Virus record (IMG/VR): IMGVR_UViG_3300037424_000448
Coordinates: 1 to 47,642 of that record
Origin: a virus
Lineage: Duplodnaviria; Caudoviricetes
Strand: one strand, 5' to 3'
Length of the DNA stretch: 47,642 nucleotides
How positions within the stretch are numbered: the stretch's first letter is position 1; the number at the start of each line of letters is the position of its first letter. A program made the position numbers and the translations under genes. A model generated the notes under the pieces. It searched no databases, had not been told where the DNA came from, and was given only the letters and a program-made list of their open reading frames with translations. Shown here in pieces: positions 1 to 7,321 of this stretch.

Positions 1-127
1 TTTCCGATCTTGAGAAAGAATACGCACAAATACCGACAGTCGGAGACACGGAAGCCGATAGACGAATGAAGCTGGCAGTTAAGATGTTCGGAAGAAATAC
101 AGTTCCGACATATGAATTATTAGAAGC
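1..127. repeat. Terminal direct repeat identical to 47516-47642 (circular assembly overlap)
   Basis: First 127 nt match the last 127 nt exactly; the ORF from 47344 continues in frame into the ORF at 66. Confidence 0.95.
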
Positions 128-632
128 GAAATTAAGAGACGCAGGTTTTGACGTTTACGTCTATGCGAACAGCCCTGCGGTAGACCCGAATTTATTTTTG
201 ACAGAATCTTTTAATATGACATGCGGCGACTTACTCCCCGGCGGCAACGATGCACAATGCGGCGAACCAGAAGCAATTTGCGCACAGATAGGCGGTCAAT
301 TACTTGTCAATGGCGACGTATATATTCAATTACCAGGTTATATCGCTCTTGCCGGTGAAGCGTGGGTACAATGCGGAGAAGCAGGAGTACAAGCAGGACA
401 GATTGCAAATATAAATAAAGAGTTAGTATTATATTCAATTCCAGTCGATGGCGGATATTGGCCGTTAATATTTTTCGTTAGCGGATTAGCTACACGTGAT
501 CCGATAACAGGTGAATTGACAGATATAGAAATTGCAAGTATTCCGACTGAAAGGGAATCGGAATTTAAGAAAATAATTTTACAATACAAGCCAATGGCCT
601 CTTGGGCCGGACTTGTTTGTGTATTTCAATAA
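1..632 (+). CDS. Baseplate wedge protein (Mu gp48/YmfQ-like), 3' part; gene starts at 47344 across the circular join
   Basis: In-frame continuation of MLSRDVLNKLLPEGSFW...; lies between baseplate J and tail fibre; C-terminal ILQYKP motif. Confidence 0.75.
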   Translation, partial: SDLEKEYAQIPTVGDTEADRRMKLAVKMFGRNTVPTYELLEAKLRDAGFDVYVYANSPAVDPNLFLTESFNMTCGDLLPGGNDAQCGEPEAICAQIGGQLLVNGDVYIQLPGYIALAGEAWVQCGEAGVQAGQIANINKELVLYSIPVDGGYWPLIFFVSGLATRDPITGELTDIEIASIPTERESEFKKIILQYKPMASWAGLVCVFQ

Positions 633-644
633 AAGGAGAATGAT

Positions 645-1403
645 ATGATAGACTATGCAGCGATATTTACTAATTTTACAGGAGCTTTCCCTAATATTAC
701 AGCCGATAACGTATCTGCACCGGGCGCAGGCGACGGCACTGAATTTGTCAAGGCTATGGTTGATGACATCTGGGGCAGGGCGCAAGCTCTTATGAGTTAT
801 GCTGGATTAAGTCCGGACGGAGTTCAGGAAGCACCCGGAACGGCTCAGGTATTAAGCGCTTTGAAAAAAGGTTTTGTTATAGGGCCTGGAATAATAGTCA
901 ACTATCCCAAAAACGACACTCCGGCCGCGAAGGGTGATAGATTATTATTACTTCAAGGTCAAGTAATATTGATTGCGACATATCCACTTTTAGCAGCCGA
1001 AGTTTATTGCGGCGACGCTAATAATCCAACAGCTCCAGCGTATTATAAAACAAGCGACGCTGGTGGAACTACGAGAAATATTACAGGTGCATATCTGGTA
1101 CTTCCAGATCATCGAGGATTATCTCCGAAGATGATAGGCAATGCAACTGTCAATACACGGACTAAAACAGGGCCGGTATCGTTAGGAGAGAAGCAGGAAG
1201 ATCAAACTCAAGGTACAACACATACTCATTATGTACCAGGTAGTAACGCTGGGGGAGCCACTGGATATGGTAAAAATGCAACTGTAGACGCTAATGGAGT
1301 ATATTCTAACGGAGTTACTTATGATAATGCGAGTGGTACACCTCGTATCGGAAATAATACCCGCGATAGTTGCCTCGGTACTAATTTCGGAATAACATAC
1401 TAA
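645..1403 (+). CDS. Tail fibre protein with collar-like domain
   Basis: Follows baseplate; SD AGGAG; YPLLA...LPDHRG and LGEKQEDQTQG.THTH collar/tip-like motifs; Gly/Thr/Asn rich. Confidence 0.7.
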   Translation: MIDYAAIFTNFTGAFPNITADNVSAPGAGDGTEFVKAMVDDIWGRAQALMSYAGLSPDGVQEAPGTAQVLSALKKGFVIGPGIIVNYPKNDTPAAKGDRLLLLQGQVILIATYPLLAAEVYCGDANNPTAPAYYKTSDAGGTTRNITGAYLVLPDHRGLSPKMIGNATVNTRTKTGPVSLGEKQEDQTQGTTHTHYVPGSNAGGATGYGKNATVDANGVYSNGVTYDNASGTPRIGNNTRDSCLGTNFGITY

Positions 1404-1420
1404 AAGGAGAATATAAATAA

Positions 1421-2236
1421 ATGAAAACAATTATAACACAAAACATCGACGGTTACGATGTGGTTATCGATCTTGATAATGCAGATAAAATCATTGATCC
1501 AGAAACTACAAAGGTAATTGTCGATAAGGAAATTACAAAAACTGAAATCTATAAAAATATAGAGCAGATAAAAAATCAAATGCAGGTTTATGCCAATCAG
1601 GCATATCAGGCAATCGGCAACGCAAAGAAAGCAAAGAATAAATCCGATATAGATAAATTCTCTCTGGAATGGCGTGACAGGAACGCACAGGTCAAAGAGT
1701 TACAGGTAAGTTTAAAGCCTCTTGCGGTTCAGTTTGAATCGGAATATCGGTCATTGATGAAAAAGCACGCTATATATTTCAATCCGGCTCCATACGAAGA
1801 AATAATCACAGACGAGCAGGCAGAGACTATAAAAGCATTGATGATCGAAGCCACGCAGGAAGGTTGCGTAGTTGATAAGACTGGAACTAAGATTGCAGAT
1901 AATCGTGGAAAAGTTTATTTTAAAAATACAAAAGGAATATGGACACGGCAGGAAATATCTAAACTTGGCGACACTCCCCTTAAAGGAAGCATAGAATTAA
2001 AAGACTTGACCTCGGAGCAACAGGTAGAAATATCGAAACAAGTTGAAGCGGAAAGAATTTCAGGAATGACATCAAACAATAAATCGGTAGAGCTTGAGAA
2101 TATAATTGCAGGATTGAAACAGCAGGCAATATCAATGAGATCAGGACTTGAGATCGATGGTGATTCTAAAGCACTTGTTAAGGCTCAGGAATGGTTGGCA
2201 GATGAAATCGGAAAGGCTGAAGTGAAATATGCTTGA
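1421..2236 (+). CDS. Hypothetical tail-associated protein (possible fibre assembly factor)
   Basis: 271-aa ORF with SD AGGAG directly after the fibre gene; coiled-coil character; function by position only. Confidence 0.45.
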   Translation: MKTIITQNIDGYDVVIDLDNADKIIDPETTKVIVDKEITKTEIYKNIEQIKNQMQVYANQAYQAIGNAKKAKNKSDIDKFSLEWRDRNAQVKELQVSLKPLAVQFESEYRSLMKKHAIYFNPAPYEEIITDEQAETIKALMIEATQEGCVVDKTGTKIADNRGKVYFKNTKGIWTRQEISKLGDTPLKGSIELKDLTSEQQVEISKQVEAERISGMTSNNKSVELENIIAGLKQQAISMRSGLEIDGDSKALVKAQEWLADEIGKAEVKYA

Positions 2237-2300
2237 CAGAATTTAATTATAATCTAAGATTTGATCTTACAGACCAAACGCATAACCGATAAAACTACCA

Positions 2301-2337
2301 AAATAAAAAGGCCGCCCATGTGGACGGCCTGCTTTTT
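2301..2337 (-). terminator. Intrinsic terminator, probably bidirectional
   Basis: Minus strand AGGCCGTCC-ACAT-GGGCGGCCT followed by a T run just after the lipoprotein stop; T run also on the plus side; between convergent genes. Confidence 0.75.
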
Positions 2338-3232
2338 AAATTAAATCTTCTAAGTTACCTTTGATAAAAAATCCGTATGTTGTATCTTGATCCCATGAAA
2401 AAACTATAAATATATTATTGTTAATATTTATTGCGTGAGGATCACAAACATGTATATTTTTTTCTCCAAAAGAAAATTTATCAAAATTAGTGTTCCATTC
2501 GTTTTTATCAATATTAAAAGTCGAAGCAGTTGTAAACCAGTAATCAGCAGTAAAATTTTTATAGTTAGTATATATCATTCCATGTATAACTAATATTGAG
2601 TTTTTTTCTTCTGAATAATATAGGTACGGATTACCACCACCTGGAATTATTTGGCTTTCAGTTTTTGAATTATCGAAATTTATATTTTCATCAAACGTGC
2701 AAGTCAAATAAGATAGTCCGACTCCATTTTGATTTTCACCTTTGGGCGCACATTCTGCCAATAAGTGGCATATTCCATTCTTATCAATTGTTACTCCAAC
2801 ATTCCAAATATAATACCAGATCGAATTTGGATCATTCGATTTTGATAAAACAAGTTTACAATTATTCCAATTTATTCCGTCGTTAGATTCCCACATATAT
2901 ATATTATATTGTTCTGGATGTTTCCAACCAAAAGCATAAAATTTATTTTGATATTTTATTACGTAGGGAAATCTAATTTGAATATTACATGATTTTATAT
3001 TTTCATTATTCAATGTTTCGCTATATGTTAAATTCCCTTTCATATTGTAATCATAATGGTTTACAATTTTTCCATTATCATTTATGATATTTGTTTCAAC
3101 TGTATTATCCAAATATAAATATAATCCCTGTGCCTTTGTAGCTTCGCCATAATAGTTTAAATTTGGAGTTTCTTCTTTGTTGCAAGAAAATATTAAGATT
3201 GTAAATATAATTAAAACATATATTTTTTTCAT
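2336..3232 (-). CDS. Lipoprotein with glycoside-hydrolase-like beta-propeller (moron)
   Basis: Signal peptide II MKKIYVLIIFTILIFS-C; blade-like motifs FPYVIKYQNKFYAF, NPYLYY, CDPHAININNNIFIVFS; very AT-rich. Confidence 0.6.
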   Translation of the reverse strand: MKKIYVLIIFTILIFSCNKEETPNLNYYGEATKAQGLYLYLDNTVETNIINDNGKIVNHYDYNMKGNLTYSETLNNENIKSCNIQIRFPYVIKYQNKFYAFGWKHPEQYNIYMWESNDGINWNNCKLVLSKSNDPNSIWYYIWNVGVTIDKNGICHLLAECAPKGENQNGVGLSYLTCTFDENINFDNSKTESQIIPGGGNPYLYYSEEKNSILVIHGMIYTNYKNFTADYWFTTASTFNIDKNEWNTNFDKFSFGEKNIHVCDPHAININNNIFIVFSWDQDTTYGFFIKGNLEDLI

Positions 3233-3387
3233 GATTTTTTACTCTCCTTTAATTTTTTTTTGCCACATTCAAAACATCGTATCAGTAAATCCGGTTTATT
3301 ATCTGTGTCCATCTCTAATATTATCTCGCATCCGCACTCGCATTGATATTTCCATTGTCTCGGTGCTATTTGTTTTGCTACTGGCAT
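3229..3387 (-). CDS. Small zinc-ribbon protein, 52 aa (not in ORF track)
   Basis: MPVAKQIAPRQWKYQCECGCEIILEMDTDNKPDLLIRCFECGKKK...; SD GAGG; stop overlaps lipoprotein ATG (ATGA). Confidence 0.65.
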   Translation of the reverse strand: MPVAKQIAPRQWKYQCECGCEIILEMDTDNKPDLLIRCFECGKKKLKESKKS

Positions 3388-3403
3388 ATTTAACCTCACC
3401 TAT

Positions 3404-3432
3404 ATAATACTATATACGTATATATTTGTCAA
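3404..3432 (-). promoter_or_regulatory. Sigma70-type promoter with palindromic spacer
   Basis: TTGACA-17 nt-TATTAT on minus strand; spacer contains palindrome ATATACGTATAT. Confidence 0.7.
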
Positions 3433-3455
3433 GCTTTTTCCAACTTTTTTTTTGC

Positions 3456-3484
3456 TTGATATTATAACCTCAATGCGACATAAT
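3456..3484 (+). promoter_or_regulatory. Putative promoter for a leaderless VRR-NUC transcript
   Basis: TTGATA-17 nt-CATAAT, ATG 7 nt downstream, no SD. Confidence 0.45.
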
Positions 3485-3491
3485 ATCGGTT

Positions 3492-3839
3492 ATGGCTCAA
3501 GAACACGAAAAGAAGATTGACGACATACTTTTATCCCTTCCCGATAATAGACGGCTTTTTAAATCTCGCGCCGGTTTTGGCTGGCAGGGTAAATCTACAA
3601 GGAAAGGACAATTCACAATAATTAAAAATGCTGCGGCATTTAAGGGGATGCCGGACGGATGGCCTGACCTGACTGGTTGGACTGAAATTGAGATAACGCC
3701 CGATATGGTTGGCAGGCGCGTTGCTGTGTTTACTGCCTGCGAAATAAAGACGGGCGGTCAATCTTTGAAGCCAGAGCAGAAACGGTTTCGAGATATCATT
3801 GAGAGGATGGGGGGGATATATGAGATTTTATCTGATTAA
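3492..3839 (+). CDS. VRR-NUC domain nuclease (PD-(D/E)xK, resolvase-like)
   Basis: GWPDL...EIKT...LKPEQKRF...GG motifs. Confidence 0.85.
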   Translation: MAQEHEKKIDDILLSLPDNRRLFKSRAGFGWQGKSTRKGQFTIIKNAAAFKGMPDGWPDLTGWTEIEITPDMVGRRVAVFTACEIKTGGQSLKPEQKRFRDIIERMGGIYEILSD

Positions 3840-4929
3840 ACAATATCTCTGCTATTTGAGGAACAATTGAATTTCCAAGTCCTTTAAGTCTGTTGACTTT
3901 CTCGTAAGATTTAATTGTAACTCTCCCCTCGTATCCGTCCATGCCAGCGGATACCCCATCAGCCATTCTACAAATTGAGGGTTCAACGTCCCATCCACTA
4001 TGTTGGGAAGACAGTCGCGATTCCCTTCTACCGTTCCCCGTTGACTCTTGCCTTTCCAATCGCGAGATTGGGGTGTCGGATAACTGTCCCGTACTGCCTG
4101 ATTCAATGTATAACTTGCTGTATGTCCGCTGTTCCTTATCGGCTTCCATTCCGGTTGCGTCCCTCGTATGCCCATGTTCGCATCCGGAGTCGGCCACATC
4201 TTCTTGACCTGTTCTTTTCCCTCTATCAACTCCGCCAACCCCCAGCCTTGAGTTGTTTCTCCCTGACATACTCTGGGAGTAGGATACATTTTTTGTTTTA
4301 CGTCTTTTGCCGAACACCCTAAGGTTATTTGTTCTAATAATGTCCCCGGTGGAGTCGTTGTTCTCCCTGTTGCTAATCTCTTTTTTATTTTCCGTTCCAT
4401 CCCTTCGTCCGATCTGTTCCCAATTTGAATAATTGTCGGGGTGAGCCACAATCCAGATTCGCGCTCTTCTGTGCGGCGCACCCACGTCGCTTGCTCGTAT
4501 ATCCTGCCATTCAGCATTATACCCGATTTCGGAAAGCGATCCAAGCACAGCGTCAAGTCCTCGAAAAGTGAGTGCTGCGACATTTTCCATGATTGCAAAT
4601 CTCGGTCGTAAGTCCCTAATAATTCGCCAATATTCAAACCAAAGACCAGACCGACTTCCGGTAATGCCTGCTCCCTTGCCTGCGATGCTGATGTCTTGGC
4701 ATGGGAAACCGCCGGTAATAATCCACTCTTTGCCATATTTATTTATTAACTCCTGCGTATCGATCTTTTTAATGTTTCCGAGTTGAATAGAATCAGGGAA
4801 ACGTAATTTATATAATTTCTGACAATATAGTTCTATATCCGAACATAAATGATTCTCAAATTTCATGCCGGCAAGATAAGCGCCATAAGCAAAGCCGCCG
4901 ATGCCGTGAAATAAATCAAGATAGTTCAT
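3796..4929 (-). CDS. DNA (cytosine-5) methyltransferase, alpha subunit (lacks motif IX)
   Basis: Motif I DLFHGIGG, IV GFPCQD, VI ENV, VIII PHRRARIW, X LGNSIVP. Confidence 0.9.
   Translation of the reverse strand: MNYLDLFHGIGGFAYGAYLAGMKFENHLCSDIELYCQKLYKLRFPDSIQLGNIKKIDTQELINKYGKEWIITGGFPCQDISIAGKGAGITGSRSGLWFEYWRIIRDLRPRFAIMENVAALTFRGLDAVLGSLSEIGYNAEWQDIRASDVGAPHRRARIWIVAHPDNYSNWEQIGRRDGTENKKEISNRENNDSTGDIIRTNNLRVFGKRRKTKNVSYSQSMSGRNNSRLGVGGVDRGKRTGQEDVADSGCEHGHTRDATGMEADKEQRTYSKLYIESGSTGQLSDTPISRLERQESTGNGRRESRLSSQHSGWDVEPSICRMADGVSAGMDGYEGRVTIKSYEKVNRLKGLGNSIVPQIAEILFNQIKSHISPPSSQ
3852..4736 (-). CDS. Nested out-of-frame C5-MTase beta subunit (TRD-like repeats plus motif IX)
   Basis: 294-aa ORF in the +1 frame within the MTase; four (W/Y)xTP repeats and C-terminal LNPQFVEWLMGYP. 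Confidence 0.7.
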   Translation of the reverse strand: MAKSGLLPAVSHAKTSASQAREQALPEVGLVFGLNIGELLGTYDRDLQSWKMSQHSLFEDLTLCLDRFPKSGIMLNGRIYEQATWVRRTEERESGLWLTPTIIQIGNRSDEGMERKIKKRLATGRTTTPPGTLLEQITLGCSAKDVKQKMYPTPRVCQGETTQGWGLAELIEGKEQVKKMWPTPDANMGIRGTQPEWKPIRNSGHTASYTLNQAVRDSYPTPQSRDWKGKSQRGTVEGNRDCLPNIVDGTLNPQFVEWLMGYPLAWTDTRGELQLNLTRKSTDLKDLEIQLFLK

Positions 4930-5093
4930 TTCACCTTCACCCTCTTAAACACAACCCTTATCGCAAAGACAATCCTGCGATATAATCCCTGCTGGCTACT
5001 GTATGCAAGGAACTTTTCTAATCCTTGTACCTTGATACGACCAGCTTCCTTCATTACTGCCCTGCGGATTCGCTTTGATGATTTACCGGACAT
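4926..5093 (-). CDS. Small basic hypothetical protein, 55 aa (not in ORF track)
   Basis: MSGKSSKRIRRAVMKEAG...; SD AAGGAG; ATGA overlap with MTase start. Confidence 0.55.
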   Translation of the reverse strand: MSGKSSKRIRRAVMKEAGRIKVQGLEKFLAYSSQQGLYRRIVFAIRVVFKRVKVK

Positions 5094-5094
5094 A

Positions 5095-5223
5095 TCAATT
5101 CTCCTTTAATTCACTTTGTATATCTAATTCTTTACTCTTACATTTCGGACATACTATATATTTATTTTTACTTTTCCACATATAAAAACATTTCTTGCAG
5201 CAATAATCAAATATTCTTATCAT
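5095..5223 (-). CDS. Small zinc-ribbon protein, 42 aa (not in ORF track)
   Basis: MIRIFDYCCKKCFYMWKSKNKYIVCPKCKSKELDIQSELKEN; SD GAGGAG. Confidence 0.65.
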   Translation of the reverse strand: MIRIFDYCCKKCFYMWKSKNKYIVCPKCKSKELDIQSELKEN

Positions 5224-5368
5224 TGTTTATCTCCTCAATAATTTTTTCCTGTTTGTATTCATGTCTATCTTTAAACTCCGCTTGCTTGCCTGGGTTCCAT
5301 TGATTTATCGGACGGAAGTAACCACAGACACGGGAATAGACTTCTACTGGAATGCGTTTATCAACCAT
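5207..5368 (-). CDS. Stand-alone class III ribonucleotide reductase (NrdD) C-terminal glycyl-radical peptide, 53 aa (not in ORF track)
   Basis: MVDKRIPVEVYSRVCGYFRPINQWNPGKQAEFKDRHEY...; RVCGY loop plus WNxGKxxEFxDR; start overlaps helicase stop. Confidence 0.8.
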   Translation of the reverse strand: MVDKRIPVEVYSRVCGYFRPINQWNPGKQAEFKDRHEYKQEKIIEEINNDKNI

Positions 5369-6965
5369 TCATTACCTCTCTAAATTCTTTTTTTATACCT
5401 GCTCTTTGTCTTAATTCTTTCATTTTAAAAAATACCCAGCCTGGCTTAAATCCGGCGACTCGTGCAATCTCGTGAAGTAGCGGAACATTAATTGCTTTTT
5501 TATTTTCGTCTTGTATCTGCCAGTATATCCACATTGGATTATATCCTAAATTATGCGCAAGGTCAAACAATTTTTCTATCGCTGTCTTTGTATTCCCTGA
5601 TTTATATTCTAATACGGCGGCGCTTATGCTGTCATATATTTCTTTTTTCTCCGTGTCTGGTCTTTCCGCTAATCCTACCGGCTTTTTTATTTCTTCCAGT
5701 TCTGCCGGAATTACTATCATCGGTTTACGCCTGTCGGCTTCTTGATTGTCCGGATTATGTTCACAACCTTTACAGCTCGGTTTATTACAGTAAAAGAAAT
5801 CGAGAAGGGGACAGAGTTTGATATTATTTAATTCCTTTTTACGTTTCCGTTTCTCTCTCCCGTGGAAATTCCATGTTATTTCAGGGACATAATGCAATGG
5901 CATACCAGGATAATTTTCGTCCTGATGTTCAAGCACTAAATTAACATGATCCATGAATACGGCGTCTTGTTTCTGATATCCGGTTTTATCATCCTTAAAG
6001 GGTCTTAGTATTCGTCCTATCATCTGCATATATAAAGCCCGTGATAATGTCGGCCTGATAGATGCGCCATATTCTACACGCGGAATATCAATTCCATAAG
6101 TAGCAATTTCGCAATTTGTTAATCCGTCAATCGTACCCGCCGTAAGTGCTGCTATTAGTTCACGGCGTTTAACGTCTGACATTTTACCTTCGATACAATG
6201 GAAATTAAATCCTTTGTCCTGAAATCTCTCTGCTGTCTGATATGCTGATTTAACCGATCTACAAAATATCAACGCTGGTTTTCCCTTACCGTATTTTTCA
6301 TAATGTCCGACGAGTTCGCCATATATTTTTTTTCGTTCAAGCAGACTTTCCAGCTCCTCTTCATCGTATTCAGTTCCGCGAACGTGTAAATCTGCAAGGC
6401 CTTCTATCGGTGGGGAGAAATATCTCAAAGATGATAAATATCCCTGCTTGGTTAATTCTGGTATGGATGGACCTTCTATCAATTCCTGATATATTTCAGA
6501 TAGTCCGCGACCGTCCAGACGTTCCGGCGTGGCAGTCATCCCTATAATCTTTGATGTTTCCGGAAGATGCGAAATTATTTCAAGCTGTCTATCGAGATAT
6601 AAATGAGCTTCATCGAATAGCATTAAGTCAGGCCAGTTCTTTATTTTATCATAGCGGCGAATTAAAGTGTCCTTACTTACGACATGAATTTTATAAGCTC
6701 TTGACTCGTTTGCATTTGGTGCAATAATTCCGTGCGGTACGTTCCATTTCCGCAAGTGTTTACTTGATTGAGTGGACAACTCAACTCGATTAACTATAAC
6801 CCATGCCGTTTTATTTTTATTGACTACCGATTCACACATAGCCGCCATTACAGGAGTCTTGCCGCCGCCGGTAGCAAGCTGGATGCATACTGACCGATTA
6901 TGTGCCAGTGCTTCCCTTGCTCTTAAATATAGATCTTGTTGGTATGGTCTTAAGGCTGTTATCAT
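5361..6965 (-). CDS. Superfamily 2 DEAH-box helicase
   Basis: LRPYQ, ATGGGKT, DEAH, TATP, GIDIP, QMIGRILR; Cys cluster in C-terminal part. Confidence 0.9.
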   Translation of the reverse strand: MITALRPYQQDLYLRAREALAHNRSVCIQLATGGGKTPVMAAMCESVVNKNKTAWVIVNRVELSTQSSKHLRKWNVPHGIIAPNANESRAYKIHVVSKDTLIRRYDKIKNWPDLMLFDEAHLYLDRQLEIISHLPETSKIIGMTATPERLDGRGLSEIYQELIEGPSIPELTKQGYLSSLRYFSPPIEGLADLHVRGTEYDEEELESLLERKKIYGELVGHYEKYGKGKPALIFCRSVKSAYQTAERFQDKGFNFHCIEGKMSDVKRRELIAALTAGTIDGLTNCEIATYGIDIPRVEYGASIRPTLSRALYMQMIGRILRPFKDDKTGYQKQDAVFMDHVNLVLEHQDENYPGMPLHYVPEITWNFHGREKRKRKKELNNIKLCPLLDFFYCNKPSCKGCEHNPDNQEADRRKPMIVIPAELEEIKKPVGLAERPDTEKKEIYDSISAAVLEYKSGNTKTAIEKLFDLAHNLGYNPMWIYWQIQDENKKAINVPLLHEIARVAGFKPGWVFFKMKELRQRAGIKKEFREVMNG

Positions 6966-7321
6966 TTTTGATAGTTATCCAATAATTCTATAATATTATA
7001 ATAGATAGGTTTTTTCATTTCCTTTGCAATTTCAATTTCTTTCAGTGTGCCTTTACTATTTTCCCATCCATCGGCAAGCAATAAACAATCTGATACTAAT
7101 AACCATGCGATTGAATATTCATAGAACTGTTCTACTTTATAATCCGATTCCGGTTCATGTATTATAAATGATTTATCAAACCACGGACAAAAAGGAGAAA
7201 ATCCACAATTGAAAATCTCTGCCGCTAATTTTTCTCCGCGTCCGATATTCTTTAATATGTCAATTACGTTATCCGCACTATAGGCTCCGGCAATATAGAC
7301 TTTAATGTTATAGTTATTCAT
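6962..7321 (-). CDS. Nucleoside 2-deoxyribosyltransferase-like protein (DUF1937/DUF4406-type)
   Basis: VYIAGAYS...SD.LLL..GWENSKG...EIEIA motifs. Confidence 0.7.
   Translation of the reverse strand: MNNYNIKVYIAGAYSADNVIDILKNIGRGEKLAAEIFNCGFSPFCPWFDKSFIIHEPESDYKVEQFYEYSIAWLLVSDCLLLADGWENSKGTLKEIEIAKEMKKPIYYNIIELLDNYQK

Noticed and set aside
645-2236. Diversity-generating retroelement or invertible tail-fibre cassette
   Set aside because: No reverse transcriptase, invertase or duplicated template region seen
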